From: Candidatus Eiseniibacteriota bacterium
GTDB taxonomy: Bacteria > Eisenbacteria > RBG-16-71-46
DNA length: 61,351 nucleotides
Reading direction: 5' to 3'
Assembly: GCA_016223045.1 (NCBI GenBank)
Contig: JACRPT010000152.1
Coordinates: 1-61,351 of the forward strand
The stretch's first letter is position 1. Every line of letters begins with the position of its first letter. Under the pieces are notes generated by a model. The model had not been told where the DNA came from. It made no database searches and was given only the letters and a program-made list of their open reading frames with translations. Made by a program: the position numbers and the translations under genes. This document shows, piece after piece, positions 42,440 through 53,139 of this stretch.

Positions 42440-43591
42440 ATGAACCTCGACCTCACCGAAGACCAGGTCCAGATCCGCGACGCGGTGCGCGAGCTGTGCG
42501 GGCGCGAGTTCGGCGCCGCGGCCGCCAGCTGGGACCGCGAGCAGGTGGTGCCACGCTCGGCGATCGCCACGCTCGCCGAGCAGGGCTTCCTCGGCATGGC
42601 GATCCCCGAGGAGTGGGGCGGCGTGGGCTACGACTCGCGCACCATCACGGTGGTGCTCGAGGAGATCTCGCGCGTCTCGGCGGCGCTCGGCATCATGATC
42701 GCCGTGCACAACTCGGTGGGCGCGCTCCCGGTGTTCCGCTTCGGCACCGACGAGCAGCGCAAGCGCTTCCTGCCGCGCCTGGTGTCGAAGGAGCTGGGCG
42801 CGTTCTGCCTCTCCGAGCCGGCCTGCGGCTCGGACGCGGCGGCGCTCACCTCCACCGCGGTGCGCGACGGCGACCGCTACGTCCTGAACGGCGCCAAGAA
42901 CTGGGTGACCAACGGCGAGCAGGCCGGGGTCTACCTGGTGTTCGCGCGCACCACGAAGGACGGCGGCGCGAAGGGGATCTCCGCGTTCATCGTGGAGCGC
43001 GGCACGCCCGGGCTGGTGCTCGGCAAGCCCGAGGACAAGATGGGCCTGCGCGGCTCCGAGACCGTGGGGCTGACGCTCGAGGACCTGAAGGTCCCGGTGG
43101 AGCAGCGGCTGGGCGCCGAGGGCGAGGGCTTCAGCATCGCCATGAGCATGCTGGACGCGGGCCGCGTCGGCGTCGCCGCGCAGGCGCTCGGGGTGATGCG
43201 CGCGGCGTTCGAGGAGGCGGTGAAGTACGCGCAGCAGCGCCAGGCCTTCGGCGGGCCGATCGCGAAGATCCAGGCCATCCAGTTCAAGCTCGCCGAGATG
43301 GAGCGGCGCATCCAGAGCGCACGGCTGCTCACGCAGAAGGCGGCGTGGCTCAAGGACACCGATCAGCCCTAGACGCGCGAGGCCTCGATGGCCAAGCTCT
43401 ACGCCAGCGAGGCCGCGACCTGGGTGACCCACCAGGCCATCCAGGTGCACGGCGGCTACGGCTACGTGAAGGAGTATGCGGTCGAGCGCTACTACCGCGA
43501 CGCGCGCGTGATGGAGATCTATGAGGGCACCAGCGAGATCCAGCGGCTGGTGATCGCGCGCTCGCTGCTCAAGGACGGCGTGAAGCTGTGA
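42440..43591 (+). pseudogene. Acyl-CoA dehydrogenase with an in-frame TAG at 43370-43372
   Basis: [54 protein letters not shown]; both halves are in the same frame. Confidence 0.88.
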
Positions 43592-43701
43592 GCGGATGAC
43601 CGCCGCGCCTGCGTCCCTGCGTGGCGCGCGTTCAGAGTCCCGGCCCGGCGGCCGATGACGTGCTGAGTGACGCGCCGGGTCCTGCGGCGCGCGGCGCCCT
43701 C

Positions 43702-43710
43702 TGCTAGAAT
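43702..43710 (+). promoter_or_regulatory. Extended -10 promoter element
   Basis: TG-C-TAGAAT about 55 bp upstream of the DUF362 start. Confidence 0.45.
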
Positions 43711-43765
43711 CCTCCGCGCCGCGGGACGCCCGGCCGCCTCATCCCACGACCACCCGGAGATCCCG

Positions 43766-44887
43766 ATGTCGAAAGTCGCCGTCCTGCGCACCACGCCCGA
43801 GACCGTCGTCGAGGACTACGGCCGCCTGATGGACCTGGCGGGCTACCGCGAAGCCCTGCCCTTCAGCGCCCAGACCTGTCTCAGGATCAACATCTCCTGG
43901 CACGTCTACATGCCGGCCTGCTCGACCACGCCGTGGCAGATGCACGGCGTCATCGAGAAGATGAAGCGCGACGGCGTCGACGTCTCGCGCGACCTGATCG
44001 CCGCGCAGAACGACACCGTGGTGGTGAGCTGCCGCGAAGGCGCGGTCAACAACCACCTGCAGCCGGTGCTCGACCGCTACCGGGTGCCGATCCAGTACCT
44101 GAGCGAGCCGCCGACCGAGTGGGTGCGCTACGAGCCGAAGGCGAAGCTGCTGGTGCTGGACCGGGTGTTCGAGAAGCAGGGCATCCAGATCCCGAAGCTG
44201 CTGCTGGGGAAGAACGTCATCCACATGCCGACCGTGAAGACCCACGTCTTCACCGGCACCACCGGCTCGATGAAGAACGCCTTCGGCGGGCTCTTGAACC
44301 TGAACCGCCACTGGACCCACTCGGTGATCCACGAGACGCTCGTGGACCTGCTGCGCATCCAGAAGGAGATCCATCCCGGCATCTTCGCGGTGATGGACGG
44401 CACCATCGCCGGCGCGGGGCCCGGGCCGCGCGCGATGCGGCCGCACGTCAAGAACTACATCCTGGCCTCCAGCGACTGCGTGGCCATCGACGCCATCGCG
44501 GCGAAGATGATGGGCTTCGATCCCATGACCGACCTCAAGTTCATCCGCCTGGCGCACGAGCACGGGCTCGGCGTCGGCCGCCCCGAGGAGATCGAGATCG
44601 TGGGTGACGACATCCGCGGCGTGAACTTCGGCTTCCGCGGCTCGCTCCAGGAGAACACCTTCGCCTCGTGGGGGCAGAAGCTCATCTACTGGGGGCCGCT
44701 GAAGCCGCTCGAGAACATCCTGCTGCGCTCGCCCATCGTGCCGTGGAGCTACGCGGCGTCGCGCGCCTACCACGACGGTTACTGGTACCCGGTGAAGGGC
44801 CGCCCGCGCGTGCGCGACATCATGAAGACCGGCTGGGGCGGTCTGTTCCGCGCCTACGGCGACGGGCGGGCGCTGCACGAGGCGTAG
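43766..44887 (+). CDS. DUF362 domain protein
   Basis: NISW, TTPW, PTVKTH....TGSMKNAFG, MDGTI.G.G.GP, AS.D.VAIDA.AAKMMGFDP. Confidence 0.85.
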   Translation: MSKVAVLRTTPETVVEDYGRLMDLAGYREALPFSAQTCLRINISWHVYMPACSTTPWQMHGVIEKMKRDGVDVSRDLIAAQNDTVVVSCREGAVNNHLQPVLDRYRVPIQYLSEPPTEWVRYEPKAKLLVLDRVFEKQGIQIPKLLLGKNVIHMPTVKTHVFTGTTGSMKNAFGGLLNLNRHWTHSVIHETLVDLLRIQKEIHPGIFAVMDGTIAGAGPGPRAMRPHVKNYILASSDCVAIDAIAAKMMGFDPMTDLKFIRLAHEHGLGVGRPEEIEIVGDDIRGVNFGFRGSLQENTFASWGQKLIYWGPLKPLENILLRSPIVPWSYAASRAYHDGYWYPVKGRPRVRDIMKTGWGGLFRAYGDGRALHEA

Positions 44888-44919
44888 CGGCCCGCTCCCT
44901 CCGCGGACCACGAAGCGTC

Positions 44920-44947
44920 GAGGCCGGGCTCGCTCGAGCCCGGCCTC
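44920..44947. terminator. GC-rich hairpin between convergent genes
   Basis: GAGGCCGGGCTCG-CT-CGAGCCCGGCCTC; no U-tract. Confidence 0.5.
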
Positions 44948-45004
44948 TCGACACGGCCGTCGCCTCGCCCCAGCGGGGGCAGGACCCCGCCGGTCGCACG
45001 GGTC

Positions 45005-45646
45005 CTACCGGTAGAGCAGCTTCAGCTCTCCCCAGGTCCTGCCCCGCGCCGGCGTCGTGGTGTGGCAGGTGGACGCGGCATCCTGCGGGTCGCTCGGTGA
45101 GATGAGCTGGAAGTCCGTGGCGTTGTCGTCGGTGTCCTGTCCGCTCCCGAGACTGCCGCCCGGCTTGCGCTCGTAGCCCTGGTCCACGTTCGTGGTGAGC
45201 GGCGCCAGCAGCGTGCCCTCCCCGTACGCCGAGCCCGGGCTCATCCCGGCGGCGTCCATGACGATGGTGCCGTTCTGCACCGAGACGCCGCCGTCGTCGG
45301 GGATGCTGCCGGTGGTGAACCACTGGTCGGGCGCCACCGATCCCGAGTAGCCGTTGGGGTTCGCGAACAGGTAGCGGCAGCCCGGGAACACCACGATGCC
45401 GCCGGTCACCATCCCCAGCTCGACCGTGTTCCCCGCGTTGTCCGAGGCGTGGACGGTCCAGCCGCCGATCAGGAAGGGACTGGTGGACACGTTGTACAGC
45501 TCGATGAACTCGTCGTCCGCTCCATTGGGCCCGCGCGTGCGGAACTCGCCGATGACGAGCGTGGTCGAGGTCGCGAAGGCGGTGGCGAAGGATCCCAGCA
45601 CGGCAAGCAGCGCGAGCGGGGACACGAGGCGGGTGGCAAGGCGCAT
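45005..45646 (-). CDS. Secreted lamin-tail-domain (LTD) protein with a TWG tail
   Basis: Signal peptide; LVIGEF......DEFIELYN; ends RTWGELKLLYR. Confidence 0.85.
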   Translation of the reverse strand: MRLATRLVSPLALLAVLGSFATAFATSTTLVIGEFRTRGPNGADDEFIELYNVSTSPFLIGGWTVHASDNAGNTVELGMVTGGIVVFPGCRYLFANPNGYSGSVAPDQWFTTGSIPDDGGVSVQNGTIVMDAAGMSPGSAYGEGTLLAPLTTNVDQGYERKPGGSLGSGQDTDDNATDFQLISPSDPQDAASTCHTTTPARGRTWGELKLLYR

Positions 45647-45783
45647 GGGAGACTCCCGGTGGAACGGCTCCCCCTGCGGGTCGGGCTGTGGGGGAGCCCT
45701 GGGTGGATGGGGGATCCGGAGCGACCGGACCGGGACGAAAGCTGCGGCGAGGATAACGCGCCGGGGCGCGCGGACGCGACAGC

Positions 45784-45875
45784 GAAATGCGACGCGGGAG
45801 AATGCGACACACGGAAATGCGACGCGGGAGAATGCGAGGGAAAGGCGCACGGAAGTCGCGCGCTCGCGACTTCCG
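45784..45875. repeat. 15-bp-period tandem repeat (AATGCGA x4) plus an 11-bp hairpin
   Basis: AATGCGA at 45786, 45801, 45816, 45831; CGGAAGTCGCG-CGCT-CGCGACTTCCG at 45850-45875. Confidence 0.85.
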
Positions 45876-45968
45876 GGTCCGCTGCTGCCGGGCCCCGCCC
45901 GGGAGCGCAGACGCGGCTACCACCCCTGCGAACCGGGGTGATCACCGCAGGCCAGCTCCCACTCCACG

Positions 45969-46616
45969 TCAGCGGTACAGGATCTTCACCCGGCCCCAGG
46001 TCTCGCCGGTCGCGGGCGTGGCCGCGACGCAGATCGAGGCACGATTCTGCGGGTTGCTCGGTGAAACCACGAAGAAGTCCGAGGCGTTGTCGTCGAGGTC
46101 CTGTCCGTTTCCCCCGATGCCGCCCGGCAGGCGCTCGTAGCTCCGGTTCGTGTTGGTGGTGAGCGGCGCGAGCACCGTGCCTTCCTTGTAGGCCGACCCC
46201 ACGCTCATCCCGACCTGGTCCACGACGACCGAGACCGTATTGAGCAGTGCGATCCCGCCGTCGTCGGTGATCCCGGTGGTGTAGGTCTGGTCGGGCGACA
46301 CGCCACCCGAATAGCCGCTCGGGCTGTTGTTGGCGAGCAGGTAGTGGCAGCCGGGGTTGAGGAAGGTGTTCGCCGGGATGGTGGCCCGCGTCGCGATGGA
46401 ACCGCTGCTGTTGGAGCCGTTGACCCTCCAGCTGCCGAGGTTCACGGCGGCGCCCGACAGGTTGTAGATCTCGATGAACTCGTCGCTCGCCCCGTTCGGG
46501 CCACGGGTGCGGAACTCGCCGATCACGATGTTCGGGGAGGCGGCGGCCGCGGGGGCCGCGGGCACCAGCAGCGCGAACAGCGCCGGCAGGAGGATGAGGG
46601 GGGAAGCAGGGCGCAT
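45969..46616 (-). CDS. Secreted lamin-tail-domain (LTD) protein with a TWG tail (paralog of 45005-45646)
   Basis: GGAGG RBS; signal peptide; IVIGEFRTRGPNGASDEFIEIYN; ends ETWGRVKILYR. Confidence 0.85.
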   Translation of the reverse strand: MRPASPLILLPALFALLVPAAPAAAASPNIVIGEFRTRGPNGASDEFIEIYNLSGAAVNLGSWRVNGSNSSGSIATRATIPANTFLNPGCHYLLANNSPSGYSGGVSPDQTYTTGITDDGGIALLNTVSVVVDQVGMSVGSAYKEGTVLAPLTTNTNRSYERLPGGIGGNGQDLDDNASDFFVVSPSNPQNRASICVAATPATGETWGRVKILYR

Positions 46617-46777
46617 GCGCGTTCCTCCGCGATGAGGGCGCTCGCGCCTGGGAAGCACGTCCCGGGAGCCCGGTGTCTCGGGGCTGCCGGGGGGAGGACG
46701 AGCGTCCGTTCGACGGCCTCTATCCTAGCGCTGCGGGGCGCGCGCCGCGATGGAAGATTGCGAAACCCGGGGAATGC

Positions 46778-47268
46778 CTAGGGTTCGGGCGCCTGGCTCA
46801 GCTCCACCAGCACCCCGCCCAGGCTCTTCGGGTGGAGGAAGGCCACCTGCGTGCCGTGGGCGCCCGCGCGCGGGGTCTCGTCCACCAGGCGCAGGCCGGC
46901 GTCGCGGCAGCGGGCGAGCGCGGCCGCGAGGTCCGCCACCTCGAGGCTCACGTGGTGGAGCCCGGGGCCGCGCGACGCCAGGAACCTGGCCACGGTGTGC
47001 TCGGGCGAGCGCGGCTCGAGCAGCTCGAAGGTGACGGGCCCGAGATGGACGAACAGCACGCGCAGCGCGCCGCCGTCGAGCAGCTCCTCGGCGCCGCGTG
47101 TGGCGCCGAGCCCGGCGACGAACGCGGCGGCCAGGGAATCGGCGTCTTCGACGGCGATCGCGACGTGCGAGAGGCCCCGCACCGGGCCGGACCCTTCGCG
47201 CGACCCGCCTACCGTCACGCGCCCCTCGGCTGGGCCGCCGCCCGCCGGACGATCCGCCGGCTCGCCGC

Positions 47269-47272
<4 letters not shown>
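46778..47272 (-). CDS. mce: Methylmalonyl-CoA epimerase
   Basis: [40 protein letters not shown]. Confidence 0.93.
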
Positions 47273-48977
<1,705 letters not shown>

Positions 48978-48981
<4 letters not shown>

Positions 48982-49493
48982 GGCTGCTCCGGACGGATCT
49001 TCAGCAGCGGCTGGCCGGCCGCGACCGTGGCGCGCTCCTCGACCAGCACGTCGCTCACCACGCCGCCCTCGCGCGCCACCAGTTCGTTCTGCATCTTCAT
49101 CGCCTCCACCACCGCCACCGCCTGCCCGGGCCTGACCGTCTCGCCGGGGCGCACGCGCAGCGCCACCACCAGGCCGGGCATCGGCGCGACGATGGTCTCG
49201 CCCGCGGGTTTGCCGCGCGCGCGCTGTACCGCCTGCAGCGCCTTCTCGAGCGGGTGGCGGGCCTCCACCGGGAAGGTGACGCCGCCGTAGGTGACCTCCA
49301 AGTGCTCGCCGGCGGGCGAGACGCGCACCTCGTGCGAGCGGCCGTTCACCAGCAGCGAGTAGACCTCGCCGTCGGGGAGCCGGCGGAAGTCGGCCTCGAG
49401 CCGCCGGCCCTCCACGTCGAGCCACAGCCGGCCGGCCTCGGCGTGCAGCTCGACCTCGGCCTCGCGGCCCTCGAGCGTGACCCAGAACCTCAT
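48978..49493 (-). CDS. Biotin carboxyl carrier protein
   Basis: [14 protein letters not shown] biotinylation motif. Confidence 0.93.
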
Positions 49494-51004
49494 CGCTTCC
49501 CCTGCGGCGCGCGGCGCCGCCGCTCCGCCCAGCGCCACGGCGAGCGCGCGCCGTCGCCGCTGCCGGGCAGCGCTACGCGCAGCCGGTCCTCGCGCGCGTG
49601 GAGCGCGGCGGCGAGCAGGGCGACCTCGGCGGCCGCCGCGTCGGGGCCGAGCAGGGTGGGATCGAAGTGCTCCTCGATGAAGCGGGTCGAGAGGTTCCCG
49701 GCCACGAACTCGGGATGCGCGACCAGCCAGCGGTGGAACGACAGGTTCGTGTGCACGCCCTCGATCACGAACTCGCGCAGCGCGCGCGCCAGCCGCCGCC
49801 GCGCCTGCTCACGGTCGGGGCCGTGCACCACGAGCTTGCCGAGCAGCGAATCGTAGAAGATCGGAACCTCGTAGCCGCGGTAGAAGCCGGCGTCGTTGCG
49901 CACGCCGGGGCCCTGCGGGAAGCGGACGCGCTCGATGCGGCCGACCGAGGGCATGAAGCCGGCGAGCGGGTCCTCGGCCACGATGCGCGCCTCCATCGCC
50001 CAGCCGCGCGGCGCGGGCGGCGTGTCGCCGAACGAGAGCGGCGCGCCCTCGGCGATGCGCACCTGCTCGGCCACCAGGTCGAGCCCGGTCACCATCTCGG
50101 TCACCGGGTGCTCCACCTGGAGCCGGGTGTTGACCTCGAGGAAGTAGAACGCGCCGCTCTCGTCGAGGATGAACTCGACGGTGCCGGCGTTCAGGTAGCC
50201 GACCTGCTTCGCCACCCGCACCGCGGCCTCGGCGAAGCGCGCGCGCGTGGCGTCGTCGAAGGCCGGCGACGGGGTCTCCTCGAGCAGCTTCTGGTGGCGG
50301 CGCTGCACCGAGCATTCGCGCTCGCCCAGGCACGCCACGCGTCCGCTCGCGTCGGCCAGGATCTGCGCCTCGACGTGGCGCGGGCGTTCGATGAAGCGCT
50401 CGATGTAGACGCGGTCGTCGCCGAAGGCCGCGAGCGATTCACCGCGCGTGAGCGACCACGCCGACTCCAGCCCGGCGTCGTCGCGCACCACGCGCATGCC
50501 CTTGCCGCCACCGCCGGCCGCGGCCTTGAGCATGAGCGGGTAGCCGACCTGCTTCGCCACGTCCCTGGCCTGGTCGAGCGTGGCGGGCGGCGTCACCGAG
50601 CCCGGCACCATCGGCACGCCGGCCGCGCGCGCCGCGGCGCGCGCCGCCAGCTTGTCGCCCAGCCCGGCGAGCGTCGCGGGCCGCGGGCCGATGAAGGTGA
50701 TGCCGGCATCCTCGCAGGCCTGCGCGAACGCGGCGTTCTCGGCGAAGAAGCCGTAGCCGGGGTGGATGGCGTCGGCCCCGACGCGCACGGCGGTCGCCAG
50801 CACGCGCTCGAGGTTCAGGTAGCTCTCGCGCGAGGGGCCCGGCCCGATGGGGTAGGCCTCGTCGGCCATGATCACGTGGTAGGCGACGCGGTCGGGCTCG
50901 CTGAACACCGCGATCGAGGTGATGTCCAGCTCGCGCAGGGTGCGGATGACGCGCACCGCGATCTCGCCGCGGTTCGCGATCAGGACGCGGCGGATGGGAC
51001 GCAT
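49490..51004 (-). CDS. accC: Biotin carboxylase subunit (acetyl/propionyl-CoA carboxylase)
   Basis: [52 protein letters not shown]. Confidence 0.95.
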   Translation of the reverse strand: MRPIRRVLIANRGEIAVRVIRTLRELDITSIAVFSEPDRVAYHVIMADEAYPIGPGPSRESYLNLERVLATAVRVGADAIHPGYGFFAENAAFAQACEDAGITFIGPRPATLAGLGDKLAARAAARAAGVPMVPGSVTPPATLDQARDVAKQVGYPLMLKAAAGGGGKGMRVVRDDAGLESAWSLTRGESLAAFGDDRVYIERFIERPRHVEAQILADASGRVACLGERECSVQRRHQKLLEETPSPAFDDATRARFAEAAVRVAKQVGYLNAGTVEFILDESGAFYFLEVNTRLQVEHPVTEMVTGLDLVAEQVRIAEGAPLSFGDTPPAPRGWAMEARIVAEDPLAGFMPSVGRIERVRFPQGPGVRNDAGFYRGYEVPIFYDSLLGKLVVHGPDREQARRRLARALREFVIEGVHTNLSFHRWLVAHPEFVAGNLSTRFIEEHFDPTLLGPDAAAAEVALLAAALHAREDRLRVALPGSGDGARSPWRWAERRRRAPQGKR

Positions 51005-51384
51005 CAGCCCTCGATCACCACGCAGGCGATGGCGAGCCCGCCGTCGTGCGTGAGGGAGACGTGGGCCGAGCGGCCGCCGAGCGACTCAAAGCGCTCGCGC
51101 GCCGTGCCGTGGAACTCGAGCCGCGGCTGGCGGCCGCCCGGCTGGATCACCTCGAACTGCCTGAAGCCCACGCCGCCGCTCATGCCGGTGCCGAGCGCCT
51201 TGGAGGCCGCCTCCTTGGCCGCGAAGCGCGCCGCCAGGTGGGGCAGGGGGTCTTTGTGCGTGCGGCAGTAGGCCAGCTCGGCCTCGGTGAACAGGCGCCT
51301 CTCCATGCGCTCGCCGAAGCGCTCGAGCGCCTCGACCAGCCGCTCGACCCTGATGACATCCACGCCGATCCCGCGGACGGGCAC
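51004..51384 (-). CDS. acpS: Holo-[acyl-carrier-protein] synthase
   Basis: GIGVD, FT..E, AARFAAKEA..KALGTG, VSLTH. Confidence 0.95.
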   Translation of the reverse strand: MPVRGIGVDVIRVERLVEALERFGERMERRLFTEAELAYCRTHKDPLPHLAARFAAKEAASKALGTGMSGGVGFRQFEVIQPGGRQPRLEFHGTARERFESLGGRSAHVSLTHDGGLAIACVVIEG

Positions 51385-51542
51385 CGGTCCTCCGAACTCG
51401 GGACGAAGGGGAGACTCGTGGCTGGCAATCTAGAGAGCGGCCACCCCGGAATCAAGCGGGCCCGGCGCACCGGAAGCCGCCTGCGGCGGGGTCCCCGCGG
51501 CGCAGCGGCGAATCAGCTCCCGCACATCCAGTACCATCAGGC

Positions 51543-51620
51543 TCCTTCCTGCCGGGGGCACTCTTCTCTGGTTGAGTGAGAACCACCCAGAGAACGTAGG
51601 TGCTCCACTGGCGGGAAGGA
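51543..51620 (+). ncRNA. Candidate structured RNA (long three-segment hairpin)
   Basis: Stems 51543-53/51610-20, 51555-61/51600-06 and 51564-71/51587-94; G-U pairs favour the + strand; family unknown. Confidence 0.35.
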
Positions 51621-52311
51621 CCACCGCGTGCCGTCGGTCGTCTCCGCCCCCGGCCGTTCGCTGCCCCGGGTCTGTTCCGGTTCCGGGAGACGTCTCCGGT
51701 TGGCTCCCGGTCGCGCGAGAACCTTGCCCACCTACCGGGCGAAAGCGGGTGGCAACCCATCGGGCGAAGACCCCGGTTCCCTGCCCGCGAAGTCCCTGGC
51801 TACCTATGCGCCGACGGGTGACACATCCGCGCTTTCCGGAGGCCAGCGATGGATGAAGAGAAGGCGCGCGAGGGGAGCGGGCCGGACCCATCGGGGGCGC
51901 TGTCGACCACGGTCACGTCGTAGCAGTCCGTGGAGGCGGGTCCCGGGACCCCTCGCGGGGGAGTACCTACCGCCGCCCGCGGGGAAGCGGAATGCTCTCA
52001 TCTCACTCATCTCCCACGTCCCCTCTTCCTCCGGGTAGCCTAACGGACCATAGCCGCTGCTGGGGCCAAGGCGTCCACTGCATCTGTCACCGGCATCGTG
52101 GCAATCCGCTGGGATGTCGCATGTCAGGCCGCATGTTTGATACGGGTGTTCTTTCGCCGCACGCTCCCACCCGCGCGGCGATTCGTCGGCTACGCCTTGG
52201 GGCAACGATTGAAAGCCCGCAGTCCAGGTTCGCCGCAGGCGCTCCGGGCCTTGCATCGGATTGTGCAGTGCACTCCGGCGCGCAGGGAAGCGCCCGACAA
52301 GGAGGCCGAGC

Positions 52312-53061
52312 ATGAGAATCCCCCTCGCGTTGATGGTTCTTCTGGTCGGAACGGTAGTCCCGGCGGCGGGAGCGACGGCCGCCGGCGTCAACTTCTCCTG
52401 GGACGCCTGCGCTTCAGAAGGCGGTGTCCAGAGCAAGACCTTCGCCTGCAACACGAATGCTGGTTCCCGGGCGGCGTGGGGCTCGTTCATCGTCGCAGCC
52501 GCCCAGGACAGCTTCGTCGGCGTCGAGATCATCGTCGCTGTGCAGGCCCAGAGCGACACGCTGCCCGACTGGTGGCAGTTCTTCAACTCCGGGGCCTGTC
52601 GCCAGACCGCGCTCTCGACCTCCTTCGACTTCACCTCCGCTCCCGGGGCCTCGTGCACCGATCCCTGGTTCGGGCAGGCGGCCGGTGGCTTGGCCGCATA
52701 TCACACGATCAACACCGTGCCGCCGGTGCCGAGCGGCCTGCCGAACGCCGCGCGGATCAAGATCGGTGCGGCCGTGCCGAGCACGAGCCCGCTCACTCTC
52801 GCGGCGGGGACCGAGTACTACTGCTTCAGGCTGATCCTCACGAACGCCAAGACGGCCGGCAGCGGGGCATGCAGCGGCTGCGACATCCCGGTCTGTCTGA
52901 CCCTCTCCGAGATCAAGGTGGCGCAACTGAACGGCGCGGTCGAGGACCTGACCCAGCCGATCTCGCAGAACGTCGTCTACTGGCAGTCCAGCGGGGGGAG
53001 CTGCGGGGCGACCGCGCCGCAGAACGTCATCTGGGGGCAGATCCGGAGCATTCTCCGGTGA
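52312..53061 (+). CDS. Cys-rich secreted protein of unknown function with a TWG-like tail
   Basis: AAGGAGG RBS; signal peptide; many Cys; ends NVIWGQIRSILR. Confidence 0.8.
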   Translation: MRIPLALMVLLVGTVVPAAGATAAGVNFSWDACASEGGVQSKTFACNTNAGSRAAWGSFIVAAAQDSFVGVEIIVAVQAQSDTLPDWWQFFNSGACRQTALSTSFDFTSAPGASCTDPWFGQAAGGLAAYHTINTVPPVPSGLPNAARIKIGAAVPSTSPLTLAAGTEYYCFRLILTNAKTAGSGACSGCDIPVCLTLSEIKVAQLNGAVEDLTQPISQNVVYWQSSGGSCGATAPQNVIWGQIRSILR

Positions 53062-53139
53062 CGGCCGGGGCCCTCAACCATGATCCTGCAGCGCACGTGC
53101 CCACGAGAAGTCGGTCCTACTCGTCACAGGAGGCCGTTC

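Noticed and set aside
7466-43372. Genome-wide TAG reassignment (code 15-like)
   Set aside because: TAG terminates conserved genes at their normal ends (rplS, meaB, mce), and the three internal TAGs align with different residues.
45784-45840. CRISPR array
   Set aside because: It has a 15-bp period with no unique spacers and no cas genes.
51605-51697. Cobalamin riboswitch (CCACTG..GGGAAGG and CCGGGAGAC resemble B12-element motifs)
   Set aside because: No upstream AGGGAA/CGGTG core is visible, the spacing is too short, and it is on the wrong strand for the adjacent mutase operon. A Rfam search would settle it.
51804-52010. Small minus-strand ORF (MSEMRAF...) after a purine-rich RBS-like tract
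   Set aside because: Atypical codon usage and no motif; it cannot be supported.
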